Positions 9,176 to 22,612 of a DNA stretch of 64,000 nucleotides are shown here, one piece after another. The notes below the pieces were generated by a model. That model saw only the letters and a program-made list of their open reading frames with translations. It ran no database searches and was not told the DNA's origin. Source of the stretch: Marsupella aquatica (taxonomy: Eukaryota > Plantae > Marchantiophyta); the NCBI GenBank assembly GCA_973895155.1, contig OZ316898.1, positions 9,225,079 through 9,289,078 of the forward strand, in the 5' to 3' direction. The translations under genes were made by a program, and so were the position numbers. How positions within the stretch are numbered: position 1 is the first letter of the stretch; every line of letters starts with the position of its first letter.

Positions 9176-12100
9176 ATGGATCTGAAGAAATTTCTCGACC
9201 AGACTGTCCGCGAAGTGTACGTTTCGCGAGATCAAATGTGTTTCATTTTCACCCCGTTGTCCCGGCATATGCGCAAATTATAGATCCTTCTGGTTGATGG
9301 TCTACTGGTTGTACATTTTGCTGGATCGCATCGCTGATTTGGACATTGAGAGTTGCGATGCAAATTGAGCATTGTGGCGAAGATTCGGGAGCATCCCGTC
9401 GTTGTTTTGATTTGCTGCGAGATTGTGAGTTCATCTGGCATTCGCGGTGATCCGTCTCGAACAGTCTACATGTGTTCATGGCATTGTTGACGCCTCTCAC
9501 GCTTCTAGTGCGGATCTGCTGTTGTGATGCAGGAAGCGGGAAGTGAACAAGAAAGTCCTGAAGGTCCCCGAAATCGAACAGAAGGTGATGTAGCCCAAAC
9601 CGGCCTCCCACTCTTGTTGCCCTTGTGTCCCGATCTGAACCATCATGGCTCGTTTCCGCAAAATGAAGTCCATTTGCTTGTTGATCCATGTGGTTCTCGT
9701 AGACGTCGATTGTATATGTTTCTTACGCAAAACCCTCCCAGCCTATAGGGTTACCAGTCCCTCGAGTTTCTTCGATGGTGGAAAGTCGTATGTCAAGAAT
9801 AGATATTACTAAAGCGTCCAGAGCTCGTCAGGTATGCGACTGCGTCGCATGTTCTTGTGATTTTGTTTCTTAGCAGACATGGATGCTCCTGTGGCTTTTT
9901 TGTGGAGAAAGGTGACATTAAAGCTCACAGTAAGCTTTTCACAATTGTCAGGTTTATGAAGCAACGAGCAATGAGCCTTGGGGGCCTCATGGAACTCTTA
10001 TGGGAGACATTGCCCAGGCCACGCGGAATTAGTAAGGCTTCCCATGCCCTTCTGCTCTACGACAACCGCATTGTGCTCTGCATTCCTACCGCTTTCTCAG
10101 TTTCATCTTCCTCATTTCCTGGGATCTTAGTTGCTTTAGCGAAGTGCTGACTCCTTTCAATGTCTTGGATCACTTCAGCAACGAATATCAAATGATCATG
10201 GGGATTTTGTGGAAGCGCCTCAACGATAATGGGAAGAACTGGCGGCACGTTTACAAGGTGAGGGCTCTCTCACGTGGATCGTTTGTTCAAAGTTTGTCTC
10301 GCATTCACTGTCAGGTTGTAAGTGCTCGTAATTCGACATCAATGGTTCGCGTCTATTCTGATGCAGTTTGCACCTTCGGTTCCTCTTTTGTTCCAGTTTG
10401 GCTAACTACGTCATCCGCAAAGCTACGAGATATGACAGGGTATAACCTCTGCTGAGTAGGCCCCAATGTAGCTGTGTACTGAGAGTTGACCTTTGATTGC
10501 AGTCATTGACCGTTCTGGAGTTTCTGGTCGCCAACGGTGCCGAGAGGATCATTGATGAATTGCGTGAGCATGCCTACCAAGTTCAGGTGAGCGGAGTATT
10601 TTCCGGATCAGCTCTTAATCTGAATGTTGACCTCATGTTTTGAGTTCCCTCTCGATTCGACGCTTCCTTTGTCTCATGACTCTCCGACAAGACCTGATGA
10701 TGTTGGTCACTGGCTGCTTTGTGATTTCTTTCAGACACTCGTGGACTTTCAATATGTTGAACCAGGAGGAAAGGACCAGGGGATCAATGTGAGAAAGAAG
10801 GCTCAATCTGTGGTGGCACTCCTTAGTGACAAGGAGAAGATTCGAGAAGTGCGAGCGAAAGCTGCTTCGAACAGAGACAAGTGCGGCTCGCTTCGATCCT
10901 TGCCCAACATGCCTCGCATCTGAATTGTCCGTCTGTTGATCTACGATGTGATCGGGTGTGATCTTATTGTATGTTGAGCAATTCTCACGCCTGCTACTAC
11001 AGGTATCGTGGAGTGTCGAGTACTGGGAGCTTTACCAAGTCCGGCAGCTATTCCAGTACTGGAGGAGGAGGATACGGTGATTCTTATAGAGACGAGGATC
11101 GCTACGGTGGGAGCAGTCGCTCGGGGCGAGATGACGATAGATATGGTGAGAGGGATAGGGACAGGGAAGACCGTTACAGGGATGAGCCATACAGGGACAG
11201 GGAGGATCGATATAAGGATGACGATCGTTCTACTCGAGACACTTCTGGAGACAGATACAGAGACGACAGAGATCGTGATCGGTTCGAGGATGACCGCTAT
11301 GGATCTAAGGGGGGCGATGGTTATGGCAACGATAAATATACAGACGATATCAAAAGTGAGGGTTCTGGCTCCGGGTTCGGTAAAGACCGAGACCGAGATC
11401 GGAGTTTTGAAGAGGACGACCGGTATCCCCCCAGGTGCTTCCCAGATTTGCTTAATCGGGTCGGGCCGGGAGTCTAGAGAATTAGCTGGAAGCCGATTCC
11501 CTTGATATCCTCAAGCGTGAAGTCCTACTTTTTCTGCCAGTTGTAATGTAGCCTAAGGTGATGAACTTCTGTGTGTCTAATTCTAGTTCTGTCGTACCCA
11601 GGCGCGGAAATGCAAGCGGGAGCGGGAACAAGGCAGATGAGTACGGCCAGGATGATCGGTATGAATTCAATTTTAGCCTCCCAGATCTTTTCGATTTTCA
11701 CACACAAATTAACTCTTCTGAAACCAATTTAGATGCGAGAACACCACGACTACTTTCCTAAGGGCAATCTACGGGGTTGCAGTTTTTACAATTCAGAGTG
11801 TGGGGAGCGTGAATTTCCTAAATGGAGCTGCGCAGTGCAGTGTACAGTATATTCCAGGACACTTCTCGTGCTCGTTTCTTATGGGCATTAACTGAGGACA
11901 TCATCGAGCTGCCGCGAGCACTAACGATTCAGAAAAGAGAAACCTAAACTTTCGGAACCAATAATCGCATAACTGCAAGAAGTTTTAGGTAGTTGGCACA
12001 TATCTAGAGGTCGATCGTTGACTTGCTTGTAAAATGTCTTGCACGCTGGGCTTGGAACAATACCGGTTAGTGATGGACACCCTTTTCATTGACAACTTAG

Positions 12101-14380
12101 ACACCACAATGCCGCTGTTATGTTGTTATCTTCTCCAGTGAGTTTAAAGTAGTTTTTGCGAAATTGTGCAGAGAGCCGAACGGCTTAGCTGCAGCAGTGG
12201 CAAGAGCACACACGAGCCAGTCGAACTTGTCTCAAACCTCCAGTAATGCCAGTCAAGGCACTGAGAAGAAACCAACAGCTTCTGTGGGAGGCTCGTATTT
12301 TGCAAGCATGCCTTCAACGGCAGCCGAGGATTTCGATGATTTTGATCCTCGTGGGAGCTTTAGCGCTACCAGTAAGTGTCTCACGTTCTCGTATACTAGA
12401 TCTGTACAAAACCTAAAGGGAGTTTGTCCGAAAGAGTTGGATCTGACTTTAGGCTAATTAGGGTTTCACTCGGTAACATCAGAAACATTGTCGTTGGTCT
12501 CATGCTGTGCACCTGTAGGTTTAGCTCACCCCATCTATAGCAACATTCTGTGCACCTGCAGTTTTAGTTTACACGATCCATTGTAACGGGTGGATCCTAC
12601 ACGTGTCACCCGAAGTTCTGAGACTTGGAATTTTTGTGTGACGTTTTGTGGGCACCGTATTGGTGATGCTAGTTCAATCTTAACCTGGCAATTTGCTGAT
12701 AAAGCTAGTGATCTTGATTTTTCAGGTGCCCCTGCTCGAGATGATGATCCCTTTGGTGCCTCAGCAGCTGCACCAGCCCCAGCTCCAGTGTCGGTACCAG
12801 CTCCATCTTTACCTCCAGTAAAGAGTACCAGCGGTATAGAGGATCTTTTTGGGGATTCAGGTTTCGAAACGTCGTTTAACGCAGTCCCTGCACAAGAGCC
12901 CAACACAACTGTCCAGGTAGTGATCAGTGGTTTAACTCGTGGCCTCAGCTAGGGCGAGCTTCGCTGGCACATCTAGTACTATTCTATGTCTTTCTATTTC
13001 AGCAAGAGCATGCTTGTCTATCGATTCAAAGACAAACCGGAGGAAGCTTGTTCTTCCTCTAAACGGGAAGGCAAATGGCATGTACATCCAAGATTTACTA
13101 TCAGCCATGTGTTGCAGTAATTATGAGCGCATACACATATGGCTTCACCGTCAAATGTCCACATTTTGGCACCCCTTTTTGTTGTCTTTTGAACAAAGCT
13201 GTCCACTTAACCGATTACATCTTGTGTTTTCAATCTGCAGGGAAATGGCTTGCAGAGCGAGGATCTCTTTGGAGAACCAGCGTTCACTGTCCAGCCTTCG
13301 ATGACTTCGTTCCCTGCAGCACCTCCGGCACCCACTGCGTTTCCTGCACCTACATCGTTTCCTGCACCACCTCCGGCACCAACTTCATTTCAGGCGCCAG
13401 CGCCGGCACACACTTCATTCCAACCCGTCAGTAACGTTTCTAATGGAAATTTCCGAGCTTTCGATGAGTCCAATTCCTCGTTTGGCGCATCGTCCTTCCC
13501 TGGTCCTCCCGCCAATTCTGCATCGATATCTCCTCAGAGCAGCTTTCTCCCTCCTCCACCACCACCTCCTACTGCAAGCTATTCTTCTACAAATTCATTC
13601 CAGGCCCCATCAGGTTCAGCTCAGGCACCTAATTTCCCTTTTACATCAGGGTCTAGCTCTCAAGTACCTTTTGGGCAGGGTCCTTTTGGAGGAACCACTT
13701 ATGCGCAAAGTGCTAACACAAGTCTCGTATCATCTCAAGTGCCACCGACTAAAAGCTATGCCCCTCCCCCTCCTAAACCTCAGCAGAAATCTTTTCAAAC
13801 GAAGTCTGCAACATGGAATGATACCATCAGTTCTGGTCTAGTTGACCTGAATATATCTGGACCAAAGACCAATCCTTTAGCGGAACTGGGAATCGATCTG
13901 AAGGATTCAATATTTTCTGCCCAGGAGTTACGAAAGAGGGAAGAAAAGGTTCAGCCTACTGCGGGTAATATGGGTAGGGCGATGGGCTCTGGAACTGGTC
14001 GTGGGTTGGTTGGTGCAGGTGGTATAGCTGCTCCGCCTCCGCCATCTATGGTCGGTGGTATGAATATGGGAATGGGGATGGGAATGGGGGTGAGACAGCC
14101 TTCCATGGGAATGGGTATGGGCGGTAATACAGGGTTCATGGGGGCCCCAGGTATGGCACCCAATCTAGGCTATGGTGCGGCACCGGGTATGGGAGTAAAT
14201 CCAGGGTATGGTATTTCCCCAGGAATGGGGATGACTCCAGGCATGAGCCAGGGTGTAGGTATGGGTATGAACCCGGGTATGGCTGGTTATGGTCCAGGAA
14301 TGGGGATGGTTCAGGGAGGTTATACTCAGGGAATGGGGATGGGGGGTTATCCCAATCAACAATACAGTGGGTATCGGTAG
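9176..14380 (+). CDS. ENTH-domain epsin-like clathrin adaptor (plant EPSIN2/3-type), about 833 aa; exons 9176-9216, 9533-9584, 9952-10031, 10179-10257, 10503-10586, 10735-10880, 11003-11434, 11602-11658, 12172-12371, 12726-12916, 13241-14380
   Basis: Spliced translation [45 protein letters not shown]...[31 protein letters not shown]...[10 protein letters not shown] is an ENTH domain. All introns are GT-AG with consistent phase (total 2502 nt). The protein has DFDPRG, DPF and DLF adaptor-type motifs and a Met/Gly-rich tail. An extra small exon between 11659 and 12171 cannot be excluded. Confidence 0.92.
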
Positions 14381-15999
14381 CTCTCGCTTTATGTTAGGTA
14401 GTGCATGTAAGTCAATAGATTCCGGAGAGATTCTTTACCCTCGCAATTACGGGAAAGACGATTCATTTGAAAAGTTTTCGAGGGATATTTAGTGGTGGAT
14501 GCTTTCCTGTAGACATTTCTGGAAATGCTGTCTCATTCTTGGATGTGTTTTGTTTTGTGTATTCTGCTTCGCCTGTACCTATAAATGCTTATTTGACAGC
14601 GGATGCTGTCACGTTTAGTTCAGAAACAGATTTCTGGGAGAGCATTTGGATGTTTTGTATTGATGGCTTACCAAGTTCCTATCTTGTTTCCATCTGAGAC
14701 ATTTGGTGGATGGGCTCTTGCTTATTTGGGAGGTTTTTTCCTACAAAGTATCGAGCCGTCGGGAGTCGTATAAATAGTGCGAGTCTGAATCCAATGTTTG
14801 AAGTCATGCAGAATTGTTTTTCTTACAGGTACTTAGTTCAGTGCAGGATTAAGGTTTATTTGTTTATTTGTTACAATACTCACCGTCGTATTGAATATTT
14901 CATCCGATGAATGAAACCTTCACCAATCTACCAAATCTACTTGCAGTGGCTTCTGGTGTACGAGATCGGGTGGCTGATGTGGGTGCCCAGATCTCTGAAC
15001 TTGGCCGCAGTGCACGAGATTACGTGGATGGACTTATGAACGAAGACACTGAGGGCAAGGCCCCTGATCTCAAAGAGTTCCTTTGTCGATGTCATTGTGT
15101 TAGCATCATTGATTGAGGTCTATTGATGGCAGTCTGCACTACTTTGTAGCGACTTGATCTAATTCACTGCCTAGACATGTGTATCGGTCTTGCGTCTATC
15201 CTGAAGCTTTATCTCGTCTTAATGTGGTCTTGTTGAAATGACACAATTATTGTACTCGTTAGATTGAGCCCAAATCGAATATCACATTGCAAACTGTTGG
15301 GCAACATTATTTCCTGACATTCTATGTATGCAGCTGCTGTGAGAGAAAGAGTGTCCAATCTGGCAAAGAACGCCCGTAGTTTCGTGGGAGGATTGTTGAA
15401 GCCACCAGAAAAGTGAACTATTATGGCCGGCAGTTTCAACCAGTCCGTTGAAGCTAATGCTGCCCGAGCCTCAATGCTTATGACCAGTCGGAACTTGTGA
15501 TCACAGTTCAAAATTCGCATCACGGTTTAACAAACGCCGCATTATGGAATGAAAATTGAATGGCCCAGTGTCCCACTCTCTACTATCGTCTCAAATGTGC
15601 AAATGCAGGTTGAGTGCCCTTTCTCGTGAAAAATGTCCCGACTTCGCCAAGAGAGTAAAGCTAATATTAGTTGGATACTTTGTGTATGTATATTAAAGTA
15701 CTCTTTAAGGCATTATCCTGGATATGCTCTCTCTGGGGACATTGTGCTCATGAGAGGGCTTATGGGTGCTTCGTGTTTGACTCCGGTTTTTCTCACTGTA
15801 AATATGTTCGTAGCTGAAAGCCAGTGGTATTGGAGTTGAACTCCGATTTACTTTAATTGTCAACATGTTTGTAGCTGCAAACAAGCGGAACTGGAGTTCA
15901 ACTCGGATTTTCTCAATGTCTGCAGCTGAAAGCAATAGTACCGACATTCACACTTCACATTTCTCTTCCCAGAACATTACGTTATATAATTTCAATGTA

Positions 16000-16360
16000 A
16001 AATACAATCGAAGAACCCACGGTAGACAACTTCGATGTAAAATTTAAACGAAGAGCCCGGGGACAGGAATATGATGCACAGCAAGATTAGATACCTCTGT
16101 TGGATGTAAAATTCAAACGAAGAGCCTGAGGGGCAGGAATGTGATGCACAGCAAGAATAGATATACCTCTTTGGTGCCCAGAGAGGCATGGCAGTGGTGG
16201 GCATGGCTGTGGTGGCTCATTTGAGTGGAGACTGATAGGTTTTGGGTTAACTATTGTGTGGTGGATCACTTGAGTGGAGACTGATAGGTTTTGGGTCCAA
16301 CTATTGTGTGGTGGCTCACTTGAGTGGAGACTCATAGGTTTTGGGTCCAACTATTGTGAG
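16000..16360. repeat. Local tandem repeats: two copies of about 70 bp, then three copies of about 51 bp
   Basis: GATGTAAAATT.AAACGAAGAGCC...GATGCACAGCAAGA occurs twice; TTGAGTGGAGACT.ATAGGTTTTGGGT..AACTATTGTG occurs three times. Confidence 0.85.
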
Positions 16361-18013
16361 AGACTATTTCCTTTCTCTGAGCTTTCACAGATTTCTCCAT
16401 AAATTTTTTGTTTTTATTTTAAAAAAAATACAGTGGGCGAGGAAAGTTATCCAAAATGAAGGGACTGACAATGCAGCACAGTAACCTTTCCTGTGCTTTC
16501 TGGGCACGAAGAACATACTCTAAGGCATTCCGACAACTCCCTAAGCTTGCATGTGTGAAAGGCCTCCAGGATGTTAATGTTCTATTGCGAGGGCCAGGTC
16601 TAGAACGCTAGAGGCCCTTCAGCACTAGTACAACTGTGCTTCACTCATGCTCCATTGAGCAATACCCAGTCCTGTCCTGGATGTGGACCAAATTTTGACC
16701 CCTGCCCTGCAATCCTACATTTTGAGCCAGAGCTCTATAGATGCGAAACCAAGACCGCACTCTAGTCTTACCTTGACCATACTTTGGAAGGTGGTGTTTT
16801 TTTTTGCCTTGAAAGCCAAAAGTAAACTCATCCAACAGAGGATAGACTTTCCACTTTGGAGTATGCACCACTGTAGGGAGCTCACAAGGGGGGATGAGAC
16901 CCACAGGACCCAGACCATGGAAGGAGAGAGGGTTGAACCAAGGCCCCAAAGCCAAGGGCTGAAGAGAAACCAGGACTCCCACTACTACACCCCACCCACA
17001 CACATATCCTCCACACCCCTTGCGTGTGGAAGGGGATTGAACCTGGGACCTCTTGATTCTAGATTCTTGATTCGACCTCACAAGGGGGGACCAAAGCCAG
17101 TTGGTTGGAAGGTGGTGTTCTTCCCTAGCAAATTTGTAGGTGTAAGTTATCTCTGGCATTCATTCAAGCTAATAGTCGAAGGATGTACCTATTTCTTTTA
17201 CTAAAACTACTTGTTTCAATAGTACTTTACATCACTAGCCTGATTACCTGTCCTCAAGAGTAAATAGAAGTGAGGGCAAAACCCTATTCTTCTTTATATC
17301 CCATTCATGGTTGACCCCATCTTTGTTTTCTGTCTACACCCTCACTTTTAGTTACGCCCCCTTAGAGTACATCCATCACCCACAACCTGGGCCATAGGTT
17401 ATCCTACACAACACTCCTTACTGCCCAAGAATCTGGGGAGAATTGTGTAGGGTAACCCATCCCCTCAATGGGGGCATTACAGGCCATGGCCCTCAAAATG
17501 GGGACGATTAACAAGGTAATACATCCATCCATCCAATGATACATATTAGAAAAATCATGCTTGGAAGGAGATGCGGCTTTAAGCCATGTGGCAGTCCCAC
17601 AGAGGTTCAAATCAACAAATTTTCTTGGGAGGCTAGTGAGAGTGTTACCATCAATTCCTTCAATGAAAATACAAAGAAAAATTCATGAGTATAGTTTAGG
17701 AAGGCCCACTTGTAAATAAACAAACTTAGTTATGATACCAGATGTGCAAAACCTCCATAAGTGTTTATGAATACTTCTGAGTAAGTGCACGACCCTCACA
17801 CAACTCCTTCAACTTACACCTAGAGTAAAAGTTGCACTTAGGCAAGAGGATCAAGTTTTGGGCGAGGGTGTAGAATTTACGAAGGAAGTCACAAGAATGT
17901 CAACTCACAAAGGGCCCTTTGCAGATCGAGGCACTGTACACTCTTATCCATAAGTGCAAAAAATAGGTCGAAGCAATGTACACTCTTAAGTGCACAAAAA
18001 TATGACGTAGTGC

Positions 18014-18143
18014 AAACCCTAGTGAAGTGCACAACGGACGCTCCTTCGCAAGAGTTTGCACTTAGAGAGAGCGGACTGTCGGCCCCCGAACCCCGGCCCC
18101 CGGCCTCTTGTCCGCACGGACGTGGGTATTAGGTTTAGGGTTT
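18014..18143. promoter_or_regulatory. Two telo-boxes (AAACCCTA 18014-18021; TAGGGTTT 18136-18143) upstream of NOG1
   Basis: Exact motif matches. Telo-boxes are characteristic of plant ribosome-biogenesis and translation gene promoters. A probable 5'UTR intron runs from GTAAG at 18151 to CAG at 18554 or 18558. Confidence 0.55.
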
Positions 18144-18559
18144 TTCGGGGGTAAGAGATTATGTTTCTCCTTCAGTTCTTTCAGAAATGCGAGGAGAGGC
18201 GAAGACTGAAATCTTCCCTTGTGGGATTCTTCCAAGTGCGATTCGATTGTGAATCTTCTAGTCTGGATAGCGTTTCTCGCTTCTCGTTCGAGTTCTTTCG
18301 ATCGGCTTCGCTGCCCCACCTTGACGATTAGATCGTTCCTATTTCTGTCTGCTCTTTGAATCCCACTTCTGAAGCTTCCGCAGAGTTTTTTGCTCTCGAT
18401 TGAGTCTTCTGTAGGTTTTGGTCCTCGCGTTCTAGTTGATTCGCTCCTCTCTGTCTGCTGTTTGGAACCACTTGTGAGGATTCCGCAGAGGGTTTTGCGC
18501 TCGATTGGGTCGTCGTATGTAGGTTTGGCCCTCGGGCCTTTCGCGTTCCGGCAGGCAGC

Positions 18560-20560
18560 ATGGTGCTCTACAATTTCAAGAAGATCACGGTAGTGCCGTC
18601 CGGGAAGGATTTCATCGACATCATTCTGTCTAGGACGCAGCGCCAGACGCCAACTGTGGTTCACAAGGGCTATGCAATCACCCGAATTCGGCAGTTTTAT
18701 ATGCGCAAAGTGAAGTTCACTCAGTCGAATTTTCATGAGAAGCTGTCCACGATATTGGAGGATTTTCCGCGTCTCGATGACATCCATCCTTTCTATGGGG
18801 ACCTAATGCATGTGCTCTACGACAAGGATCACTACAAGCTTGCTCTCGGGCAGTTGCACACGGCACGCAATCTTATCGAGAAGATAAGTAAGGATTATGT
18901 CAGGTTGTTGAAGTATGGGGATTCTCTGTACAGGTGCAAGCAGTTGAAGAAGGCGGCGATGGGACGGATGTGCACCATCATGAAGCGAGTGAGCCCTAGT
19001 TTGGCCTATTTGGAGCAGGTAAGGCAGCATTTGTCTCGCCTCCCTTCGATTGATCCCAACGCCAGGACTCTCTTGGTGTGTGGTTATCCTAACGTGGGCA
19101 AGAGCAGTTTCATCAACAAAATATCCAGAGCTGATGTAGATGTCCAGCCCTATGCTTTCACCACAAAGTCGCTCTTCGTGGGTCACACGGACTACAAGTA
19201 TTTGAGATGGCAGGTGATCGATACTCCTGGAATTTTGGACCACCCATTAGAGGACCGGAACACTATTGAGATGCTGGCTATCATGGCACTTGTCCATCTG
19301 AGGGCCGCTGTGCTTTTCGTTATGGATTTGTCGGGGAACTGTGGCTATACGATTGAGCAGCAGGTTGCCTTATTCCATAGCATTAAGCCTCTTTTCGCGA
19401 ATAAGCCTCTCATAATCGCATGTAACAAGACAGATTTGCAACCTCTAGAAACCCTACCCGAAGATGAGCGAAAGCTGATTGCTGAGATGGCGAGGGAAGC
19501 AGCAAAATGTTCTGGTGGGCTGATTTCCGATGGGGCTGGTGAGGAGCATGAGTGCTTGCTGTCTATGAGCACCTTAACAGATGAAGGCGTCATTGGAGTT
19601 AAGAATACGGCTTGCGAGAGGCTATTGCAACAACGTGTCGAGGTGAAGATGAAGTCTAAGAAAATCAATGATGTGCTGAATAGGATCCATGTTGCTCTTC
19701 CACGTACAAGGGATCACAAAGAGCGGCCTCCTTGCATTCCAGAGGGTGTTGTCACCAAACCTATGGAACAGAGGCCCAAGAAACAAACAGAGAAGGACCT
19801 GGAGAATGCAAATGGTGGCGCTGGAGTGTACTCTGTGAAGATGACTAAGCACTACATGCTCTCGAATGATGAATGGAAGGATGACATTGTGCCTGAGATT
19901 GTGGATGGTCATAATATCGCCGACTTCATTGACCCTGATATCCTTTTAAGGCTTGAGGAGCTGGAAAGGGAAGAGGAAGCCAGGGAAGCTTCCGCTTTTG
20001 GAGACCAGGAGATGAGTGAGGAGGACCTCACTGCCGAGGAGCACGAGGCCCTCGCGGCTATCAGAAATAAGAAGAAAAAGTTGCTTGAGGAGCATAGGCG
20101 TAAGAAGAGGACGGCCGACAATAATCCGGTTATGCCACGCAAGCATGATAGGGACGGGGAATTTACCACCGGGAGGATGGGCAGACATCTTTCAAGCTTG
20201 GGGTTAGATCCATCAGCTGCCATAGAAAGAGTTCGGAGCAGATCTGTATCCAAACGTGGGCGTAAGAGGGAGAGGTCCGTATCAGAAGCTGGCGATGCTA
20301 TGGACATTGACCAACCCAATAAGCGTCTCAAGTCAAGGTCGAGATCGAGATCCACTGTCCGCCCAGCTTCGGAAGTTGTTCCTGGAGAAGGCTACAAGGA
20401 TTCAGCACAAAAGTTGAAGGCAATCAAATTGAGCAAGACATCTGTGAAGCAGAGGAATAAGGATGCCAGGAAGGGTGAGGCGGACAGGGTAGTTTATAAT
20501 CCTAAGCCCAAGCATTTGTTCTCCGGTAAGAGGGGTACAGGCAAAACAGACAGACGGTGA
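18560..20560 (+). CDS. NOG1: Nucleolar GTP-binding protein 1 (60S ribosome biogenesis GTPase), 666 aa, uninterrupted CDS
   Basis: N-terminus [34 protein letters not shown]; G1 GYPNVGKS, G2 YAFTT, G3 DTPG, G4 NKTD; NOGCT region (GGAGVY...[17 protein letters not shown]); C-terminal [18 protein letters not shown]. Confidence 0.98.
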   Translation: MVLYNFKKITVVPSGKDFIDIILSRTQRQTPTVVHKGYAITRIRQFYMRKVKFTQSNFHEKLSTILEDFPRLDDIHPFYGDLMHVLYDKDHYKLALGQLHTARNLIEKISKDYVRLLKYGDSLYRCKQLKKAAMGRMCTIMKRVSPSLAYLEQVRQHLSRLPSIDPNARTLLVCGYPNVGKSSFINKISRADVDVQPYAFTTKSLFVGHTDYKYLRWQVIDTPGILDHPLEDRNTIEMLAIMALVHLRAAVLFVMDLSGNCGYTIEQQVALFHSIKPLFANKPLIIACNKTDLQPLETLPEDERKLIAEMAREAAKCSGGLISDGAGEEHECLLSMSTLTDEGVIGVKNTACERLLQQRVEVKMKSKKINDVLNRIHVALPRTRDHKERPPCIPEGVVTKPMEQRPKKQTEKDLENANGGAGVYSVKMTKHYMLSNDEWKDDIVPEIVDGHNIADFIDPDILLRLEELEREEEAREASAFGDQEMSEEDLTAEEHEALAAIRNKKKKLLEEHRRKKRTADNNPVMPRKHDRDGEFTTGRMGRHLSSLGLDPSAAIERVRSRSVSKRGRKRERSVSEAGDAMDIDQPNKRLKSRSRSRSTVRPASEVVPGEGYKDSAQKLKAIKLSKTSVKQRNKDARKGEADRVVYNPKPKHLFSGKRGTGKTDRR

Positions 20561-22244
20561 TAGCCCTAGGTTCGATGCAGTTTTGTCAGACCGTACTCTT
20601 CTACTGTGCTTGTACATAGAGATTTTATGCTGGAGAAATTTTCCTCCACGTCGGATGTTAGGAATAATTGTTCATTAGATCAGATACTGGCAGAGTTGTA
20701 ACCTTTTGCAGCAAGTTAAGCAAATGTCCTCATAGATGGATGAATTTTCTTCTTTTCCCTTCGTATTTGCTGCTCAACATTGTGCTTTTACAGAACTGCT
20801 TCGTGGAAAGGGTTTCTAAGGCTTCCAATTTCAGTCTTTTCTCATAGATGTAGTGTCATGTCTGGGTCGTCATTGGTCCCTTGAATTGTAAATCTCATAT
20901 GTCCATCAGTACTGTAGCTGTCGAAACTCATGTGAGCTATGCTAAGGACTTGCATCGAGCTGTGAAGCTGTAGCTGTTTGTGAGTGGACTCGGTGTAGAG
21001 GTCATGTCGACACCAACTTCAATTCAGTTCTCACTACTGTTGCGTCCTCTCATTGTTTTGTGTGGTGAGTGTGAGTCGCGAAGAGTGGTGGAGTGTTGAA
21101 ACTCTTTATGGTGTGGTCATGACTGCACTATGAGTGTCCCACTTGTAGATCGGTTGAATGTCATATGAAGCTGGCAACAACGTCACAACAAGGTGCTTCG
21201 TGGCCAGAGTAGTGGCTTGGGGAATAAGTTTCAAGTAGCAACATGAGCAGATTTGAAATCACTTTTCTTTTGCAAGGTGGATAGCTTGGGAAAAGAAGGT
21301 GCGGCTATCAAGGTGAGTAGCTGAGAACCATGTCTTCGATGCTCCCGTGAGTAGTGTTCTGCTGCCGGGATGAAATCGGGGTTGAGTTTTCAAACACCTT
21401 CTAATGTGCATGAGATTCTTGGACTAGATCTCAGTTACCTACGAAAGTGCATAAGCTTCATGGACTGGAATTACCTACAGGTCATGGCTTCTCGCAGCCT
21501 ACTGCATATAATTCTTCCTTCGCATTGAAGGAGACAAATGGAAGGAAGTTCAGCCTTTTTGAGTGCACTTCTTCCACATTGGAAAACGAGTTCAATGGAT
21601 CGAAACTCCTCTCCTCTCTTTGCTTGCCTCTTAGGTCAACGGGTGTCAGATCTCTAGATACTGGAGCCCAGGATCCGCTCAGAATCTCAAGAGAAATGCA
21701 GGTGAATTCCACCATTTATCTATTCTAGAACTTTAGATAATGGTGCTCTGAATCTGCTCAGAATCTCAAGAAAATTGTAGAGGTGAATTCTACCATTCAC
21801 GTGCCTGTGAATGAATTCCCTGTGAATGATTCCGCTAGTCTGAACTGGTGGCAGAATTCTTCAGCTTCTCCTCCGTGCAATGCTTGTAGACTATTTGCAG
21901 GGCATAGTAGGAGCGAATGATAGCATCCATTCTGTGCCAGGGGGTTGGATCTGGTCCCACACTGTTTGGTGCTGTAGATGATCATCATCTACAGTAGACC
22001 GAAGAATGCGCTCGCACTGCAATAATTGCACATCATATGGTGCGCTAGTGGGGATTCTTTCTGTTTATCTTGTTATAAAAGTAGCAGCTGCCTTTGAGCA
22101 AGCTATACTAGTTGAGGAGTTTGCACGCAAGGAAAACCATGGATATCATTTTGTAATGGTTATATAGTTCTTCTGACTGCCACAAGCCTGTGTGACAGAT
22201 TTGAACACTGCCCGAAGTAATTTGGCACATATGAAGGAGATTCA

Positions 22245-22612
22245 CAGGGTTTTGTTTGTTTTGCGGGGAGAGAAACCAACTAACCTTCCAAAAAGGTATA
22301 ATTGCCTGAAGTGGTTATGGCGTGGTTGGGCACAGAACCCATATTAGGGAGTGGTTTGGCACAGAAACCATATTAGATTCGAAGGATTTCATTTTGTTTT
22401 GGGGGGAGAGAAACCAATCGTGCAAAAGGTGTACTTTCCCAAGGTGGTCCCATACAGCTTTTCTTTTTGTTTGTTTTGGGGAGAGAGAAACCAACCTTGC
22501 AAGAGGTATACTGGCCCGAAGTGGGTTTGGCACAGAATCCATATTAGTGAGCAGCATCACAGGTTTCCTTTTTGTTTGTTTTGAGGGGAGAGAAACCAAC
22601 GTTGCAAAAGGT
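22245..22612. repeat. Degenerate tandem repeat of about 80-120 bp, four partial copies
   Basis: Recurring TTTGTTT..GGGGAGAGAAACCAA and TTGGCACAGAA.CCATATTAG blocks. Confidence 0.8.

Noticed and set aside
16205-16360. Regularly spaced repeats resembling a CRISPR array (also 22245-22612 and 41480-41725)
   Set aside because: The units are contiguous with no unique spacers, there are no cas genes, and the context is eukaryotic.
16641-17204. Two antiparallel ORFs of about 172 aa
   Set aside because: No domain similarity or coding-like composition; probably old repeat sequence.
18062-20355. Minus-strand ORFs overlapping NOG1 (241, 146 and 148 aa, among others)
   Set aside because: Antisense shadows of a conserved CDS and its leader.
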